A stretch of 64,000 nt of DNA, from IMG/VR virus record IMGVR_UViG_3300032242_001694. The stretch is one strand, 5' to 3'. This document shows, one piece after another, positions 59,637-64,000 of this stretch. A model generated the notes under the pieces. It was not told the DNA's origin and made no database searches. It saw nothing but the letters and a program-made list of their open reading frames with translations. The position numbers and the translations under genes are program-made. Origin of the DNA: a virus. The stretch's first letter is position 1; the number at the start of each line of letters is the position of its first letter.

Positions 59637-62138
59637 TTAGAAGAATGAGTCGAGAGTTACTTTCTTCTCAGTCTCCCACCCGATGGTGTTGGTGATGTTA
59701 GTTAGCGGATCCAAGAAAGTCTTGGCAAACTGCTTCTCGCGGTCTATATATTTCTCAAGACCAAACTCAGCCGGCAGGACGTCAGGAGCCGCGATGGCGT
59801 TGTTGTGAATAGGATTAGGAGTCTTGAGATAGACAACCTTGATCTTATCACCGTTCTTAATCGGCTGGATATTCTTGAGACCATTCTTCTTGATCAAGTT
59901 GTTGAACATGAGTGCGGCCTTGACGTGCATGGGTGTACCGTCGATAAAGATAGAAGAAGAGCTGCGGTACTTCTCGATGCCCTTGATGCCGCTGGGTGAA
60001 GCGATTTGCTCGAACGGAAGAGTGTAGTACTCATTCTTAAAGTCCAAGACAAACTTGTGAAGGTCTGCCTCTTCTTTATTCATGATGATCTCAAGCCCCT
60101 TCTTAATAGCAACTCGGCAGATGCCTGGAGTCGAAGAGCGCACCGCCTCGATGCCCTGCATCTTAAGCTGAGGCTTGTCGTACTGCACGCCCTCAACGTT
60201 CCAAGCATTGAGGATGTACATCTTCTTTGCTTTCCAGATACCCTTGTTGGCGATAGTCTCGCGCTTCATCTTCATCTTCTGCTCGCGAGCATTCATCATG
60301 TCGGCGAGTTGTTGGTAGCACTTATCGATGTATGGTTGGATCTTAGCCTCTACGAAGTCGTCTAGGACTTTGACGATTTCTTGGTCGGTTTTACCACTGA
60401 GCATCTTCTGTACAAGAGGGCCGAACTCAACGTATATTGAGTCGGTGTCAGATGCAATGACATAGTCCGCATCCTCATCGAGCATTCTACTAATGAAAGC
60501 ATTGATCTTTTTTTCAATCCAGCGAATACTAAGTTGTCCGGAAGTCGTAATCGCTTCTGCATTATTAAAGGAGAACCATCTGAAAAACTCATTCCCCAAT
60601 GCACCGTAAGCAGAGTTGAGCTGGATCTTTTTCGCCAATTGCATATTGTGGTAACGCGCGATGAGCTTGACACACTCCGGGTCCTTGGTAGCTTCGTATT
60701 CTTTCTTGGCTTGGAGCATCTTTTCTTTGTAGACCACGCGATCATTGTACATCTTCTCCATAAGTGCTGGAAGGAAACCCTGCTTGTCTTTGCGGTACGT
60801 ACACCCGTTAGCCGCGTACGCGACCGAGCCGTCGCGGTATTCCCAGTTACCGTCAAGCATGTAGTCGATAGATGGGAACCCAACCTTATCGACGAATGTC
60901 TCAGGACTGATGTTGTACTGCATGATAAGGTGAGGGTAGAGCGAGTTCAAGTCGAAAGACACAACCCACTTGCTCATGCCAATCTTTGGCTCCTTAACGT
61001 AGCCGCCAACGAGATCACCAGGCATGTGCTGCCTTTTACTCTGAGGAATAACGATCTTCTGCTTAAGCAGGTAGTTGTGGATGATCACGTCCCACGGGCG
61101 AACAGTGGTCATCGTGTCGCCGTAGTTGACCTTGGCATCGTACGCAAAAGCCATAACCTGCTCGATGAGCTTGAGCTTGTCGTCTAGCTTGTCAACCAAC
61201 ACGACGTCGTGAATGTTGTAGTCAACAAACAACTCATAGTTCTTCTCGTACAGGTCGAACAGACTGCCGTAGTCAGAGTAGTCTAGCTTGTTCTCGCCAA
61301 GTTCTACATTGGCGATGTGGTCAAGCTTGTAGCTCTCTTGGTTCTTAAACGAGAACTTCTTGTATAGCTCGATGTAGTCCAGCGAGGCAATACCAACCAG
61401 CTCAAACACCTTGTCGATGCGAGTAGCAATATCCTTTGACGAGTTGGAAGATGACTTGCCGCGAACGATTTCGCGATCGTTGACCATACCCCACGGCGAC
61501 AGCTTCTTAACTTCGCTGTCGCCGAGTACTCGAGTGATGCGATTGACGATGTATGGAATATCAAAGTGCTCGATGTTCCATCCCGTGATGATGTCTGGAA
61601 TCCAATCCTCGTGGTTCCACAGTATTAGAAACTTAGTCAGCAGTTCCTTCTCGTCCTCACACATGACGTAGCGAACGCTGCTTGACTTAGGCTTGTAGAA
61701 CTTAGTTCCAAAGACTACGACCTTGCCGTTCTTGCTGAGTGAGATATTACTGATTGGAACCGCAGCTGTCTGTGGGTCCGGAAAGCCTTGGTCAGTTGGA
61801 GTCTCGATGTCAATGCTTACGATAGATACGAGAGTTGGATCGTAGTCAATTTCGTCTGGATACTCTTCGTTGATGTAGGCGTAGTGATAGTTTGTCAGTC
61901 CAAAGAACTCAAAGTTATCGATGTCCTGATAGCGCTTGATAAAGTCGCGAGCCTCAGGCATAGATGAGAACTCGATCTTCTCAGCAGACCTCCCATCGAG
62001 AGTCCTGTATTCTCCGTTAGGACTCAAGATGTAGAGGCTTGGCTTGTAGTCGATGACGTCTTTGATTCTCTTGCCACGATAGTAGCCTCGGCGGTAGATC
62101 TTACTACCGCGCGAGTATATGTTCGTATAGAACGTCAT
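59637..62138 (-). CDS. 43: Family B DNA polymerase (T4 gp43)
   Basis: DIET, FDIPY, DLNSLYP, K..LNS.YG, DTDS. Confidence 0.97.
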   Translation of the reverse strand: MTFYTNIYSRGSKIYRRGYYRGKRIKDVIDYKPSLYILSPNGEYRTLDGRSAEKIEFSSMPEARDFIKRYQDIDNFEFFGLTNYHYAYINEEYPDEIDYDPTLVSIVSIDIETPTDQGFPDPQTAAVPISNISLSKNGKVVVFGTKFYKPKSSSVRYVMCEDEKELLTKFLILWNHEDWIPDIITGWNIEHFDIPYIVNRITRVLGDSEVKKLSPWGMVNDREIVRGKSSSNSSKDIATRIDKVFELVGIASLDYIELYKKFSFKNQESYKLDHIANVELGENKLDYSDYGSLFDLYEKNYELFVDYNIHDVVLVDKLDDKLKLIEQVMAFAYDAKVNYGDTMTTVRPWDVIIHNYLLKQKIVIPQSKRQHMPGDLVGGYVKEPKIGMSKWVVSFDLNSLYPHLIMQYNISPETFVDKVGFPSIDYMLDGNWEYRDGSVAYAANGCTYRKDKQGFLPALMEKMYNDRVVYKEKMLQAKKEYEATKDPECVKLIARYHNMQLAKKIQLNSAYGALGNEFFRWFSFNNAEAITTSGQLSIRWIEKKINAFISRMLDEDADYVIASDTDSIYVEFGPLVQKMLSGKTDQEIVKVLDDFVEAKIQPYIDKCYQQLADMMNAREQKMKMKRETIANKGIWKAKKMYILNAWNVEGVQYDKPQLKMQGIEAVRSSTPGICRVAIKKGLEIIMNKEEADLHKFVLDFKNEYYTLPFEQIASPSGIKGIEKYRSSSSIFIDGTPMHVKAALMFNNLIKKNGLKNIQPIKNGDKIKVVYLKTPNPIHNNAIAAPDVLPAEFGLEKYIDREKQFAKTFLDPLTNITNTIGWETEKKVTLDSFF

Positions 62139-62195
62139 TAAAACCCCATGATGTTAGTATTGATTGTTCTATATTACACTATATTAGAGTAGATG

Positions 62196-62807
62196 TCAAC
62201 CAAAGATTTCAAGAGCTTCTTCATAGAGCTCGGTGCGTTCCTGCAACCCGATACTTCCACCGTTGATGAGCTTGGTAGCTTTTACGACATCGCCGGCATC
62301 GGCCACTGCATTAAGGTGACGGCTGTTCCAGAACCAAGCAGCCGACATTGCAGCTCCTTCTGGAGTCTCCAGATAAGTCACAGCCTCATCAATAGACATA
62401 CCAACGCCGTTAGCGAATGCATTATAGTTATCATGGCCAGTAAGCTGAATAAGACCGCGTCCACGGTACTTGTAACCATCGCCTGTCTCCTCTGTTCCAT
62501 TACCCATGCGGCCGCCATATACTAAGTTGGCAATCTTTTCTGGCTGGCGTGCGTAATCATTAGGATCGCGATCATGGAAATATTTAGGAAATACTCTAGA
62601 AAGTTGCTCGGCTTTATAGTTTAGATTTTCTCTAACGTGAACTAAACCACCCGACTCATGTCCTACTTGAGCTAGGAACATAGCAATTCTATTTGGTGTG
62701 TTGATCTCAAAGCGCTCCATTGCAGAGTTCAATGGATCTACAAACTTATCGATGATCTCTTCGTCAGTGTCTTCAAAGAATGACTGTAGTTGGTCTTTAG
62801 TAATCAT
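62196..62807 (-). CDS. Glycoside hydrolase family 19 endolysin
   Basis: FLAQ..HES, ENL.Y, YRGRGLIQLTG..NY, INGG..G...R. Confidence 0.9.
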   Translation of the reverse strand: MITKDQLQSFFEDTDEEIIDKFVDPLNSAMERFEINTPNRIAMFLAQVGHESGGLVHVRENLNYKAEQLSRVFPKYFHDRDPNDYARQPEKIANLVYGGRMGNGTEETGDGYKYRGRGLIQLTGHDNYNAFANGVGMSIDEAVTYLETPEGAAMSAAWFWNSRHLNAVADAGDVVKATKLINGGSIGLQERTELYEEALEIFG

Positions 62808-62824
62808 AGCATGCTCCATAAAGT

Positions 62825-62848
62825 TAAGGGGGAAGTTACTCCCCCTTA
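62825..62848. terminator. Terminator-like hairpin
   Basis: TAAGGGGG...CCCCCTTA. Confidence 0.65.
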
Positions 62849-62922
62849 TTTATTACATCCAGCGATTTCTGGTATAGTACTCAGCTTTCTTCTCTTGCGC
62901 TTTCATTAAAGCGTCGAGTAGC

Positions 62923-63108
62923 TTACTTAGCAGAAGAAGCATTATAGAACTCCTTTGCGTGCTTGCGAGCTATGAACTCAATATCACAACGAGCAACACC
63001 CAAATCGCGAAGATCGCGATCAGTAAGTCCGTTAAGTTCATATTGAGTTTTGCGAAAGGTAGCGTACTCGCTCCACTTACGTAGAACGATTGAAAATAGT
63101 GATAACAT
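62923..63108 (-). CDS. DUF1127 small protein
   Basis: R.T..EL..L.DR.L.DLG..R.DI. Confidence 0.85.
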   Translation of the reverse strand: MLSLFSIVLRKWSEYATFRKTQYELNGLTDRDLRDLGVARCDIEFIARKHAKEFYNASSAK

Positions 63109-63111
63109 TTG

Positions 63112-63606
63112 TTACTCCTTTGATGACTTAGTTTTTGCTGAAGCCATCTCAGTAGTTTCTTCAATGTCAATCTTCTTAGGCTTCTTATGTTCGGGAATCA
63201 TGTGTTCCAGCCAGATCTTTAGCATCCCGTTGACCAGCTGGGCATTCTTGATCTCAACGTGATCATTCAACGCGAACATGCGACTGAATGGACGCTCGGC
63301 AATACCCTTGTAGATTGCCTCAGTCTTTTCGTCTGAGTTATTAGACACGCTTCCCTTGATAACAAGCTTGTTATCTTCAAGAGTCATCTCAATGTCTTGC
63401 TTGCCAAAGCCGGCAACAGCCATCTCGATAACGTAGACATTGTCGTCAGTCTTCTTTAGATTAAATGGAGGGTAGGCACTCATTGCCGTGTTACCCATCT
63501 GCTCAAAAGCTTTACTAATTTGAGCTGCCATCTTGTCGTGGCCGATCATGTAGCGATCGAGCTTAGCGAATTCTGGGAAGTAGTGATTGATATTCCAGTT
63601 TGTCAT
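63112..63606 (-). CDS. hsp20: Small heat-shock protein (Hsp20/IbpA-like)
   Basis: YPPFN, IE.AVAGF, GIA.R.F.R.F.L, NG.L.I.L...IPE. Confidence 0.93.
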   Translation of the reverse strand: MTNWNINHYFPEFAKLDRYMIGHDKMAAQISKAFEQMGNTAMSAYPPFNLKKTDDNVYVIEMAVAGFGKQDIEMTLEDNKLVIKGSVSNNSDEKTEAIYKGIAERPFSRMFALNDHVEIKNAQLVNGMLKIWLEHMIPEHKKPKKIDIEETTEMASAKTKSSKE

Positions 63607-63662
63607 GTTGACCTCCTAAAAGCAAGGTTGTTTGTATTTGGTATCCCTAGCGGCGATACCTG
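63607..63662 (-). promoter_or_regulatory. ROSE-like RNA thermometer in the hsp20 5' UTR
   Basis: ACCTTGCT-TTT-AGGAGGT hairpin occludes the SD; upstream hairpin GGTATC...GATACC. Confidence 0.72.
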
Positions 63663-63701
63663 TATTATATATACCAGACTAGCTATGCACTAGCGGTATA
63701 C

Positions 63702-63935
63702 CTAGTGGAACTTTCGTTCCATCTTCTCCTTTGTGGTAACCATCACCTTCTGCATGTCTTTATCACAAAAGAAAACTGGGGTAAGGCCAGCGTCTTTAAA
63801 CTCTTCAGCTGATCTCAAGAGTCTCGTGAAGCTATTCTCAGGGTCTCTCTCAATATTAAGTTCTGCTGCTTCTTTCACCATTCTCTCCGGTAAAACTTTA
63901 AGGTTATCTACTCTTAGTCCATAGACTGTTTTCAT
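63702..63935 (-). CDS. Hypothetical protein
   Basis: ORF with RBS AGGAG. Confidence 0.65.
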   Translation of the reverse strand: MKTVYGLRVDNLKVLPERMVKEAAELNIERDPENSFTRLLRSAEEFKDAGLTPVFFCDKDMQKVMVTTKEKMERKFH

Positions 63936-63959
63936 TGGAACTCCTTATTATTTTTGTTA

Positions 63960-64000
63960 TTAGTCCCATAGCGATCTGTAGTACTTTCCAAATAATCTTA
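63960..64000 (-). CDS. C-terminus of a hypothetical phage protein (partial)
   Basis: ...RLFGKYYRSLWD-stop. Confidence 0.5.
   Translation of the reverse strand, partial: RLFGKYYRSLWD

Noticed and set aside
35947-62138. Introns or inteins in nrdA, gp41, uvsX, gp43
   Set aside because: ORFs are continuous and of normal length.
453-63924. Most + strand ORFs and nested off-frame minus-strand ORFs in the track (e.g. 7969-8484, 8587-9135, 48408-48929, 58488-58973, 60534-61187)
   Set aside because: Shadows of well-supported minus-strand genes; no RBS or recognisable motifs.
1-64000. Stop-codon reassignment
   Set aside because: TAA, TAG and TGA all terminate full-length recognisable genes under the standard code.

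Overview
64-kb segment of a large T4-like (myovirus) phage genome, almost entirely coded on the minus strand. The host is most likely an alphaproteobacterium, judging by the circularly permuted two-piece tmRNA with tag ANDNAPISYALAA, a DUF1127 protein, a ROSE-like thermometer on hsp20 and a plcP/agt-like pair. In transcription order (right to left): hsp20, DUF1127, GH19 lysin, gp43 polymerase, uvsX, gp41 helicase and a late-promoter-driven structured ncRNA; a ~13-kb late block of probable capsid-packaged proteins with T4 IP-like N-termini (ligase-fold, HIGH nucleotidyltransferase, ADP-ribosyltransferase, HAD phosphatase, nuclease-like) plus Dps; primase and thyX; plcP-agt overlapping nrdA, then nrdB and a secreted nuclease; a near-complete NDP-heptose/glycosyltransferase/O-methyltransferase cluster; rnh, phoH and an exonuclease; an 11-kb early region of small genes fed by repeated GTTGACAT(A/T)ATT promoter cassettes; tmRNA and tRNA-Arg(UCU); and a 1671-aa repetitive fibre plus other structural genes. 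All functional calls come from motif recognition by eye; no searches were run.
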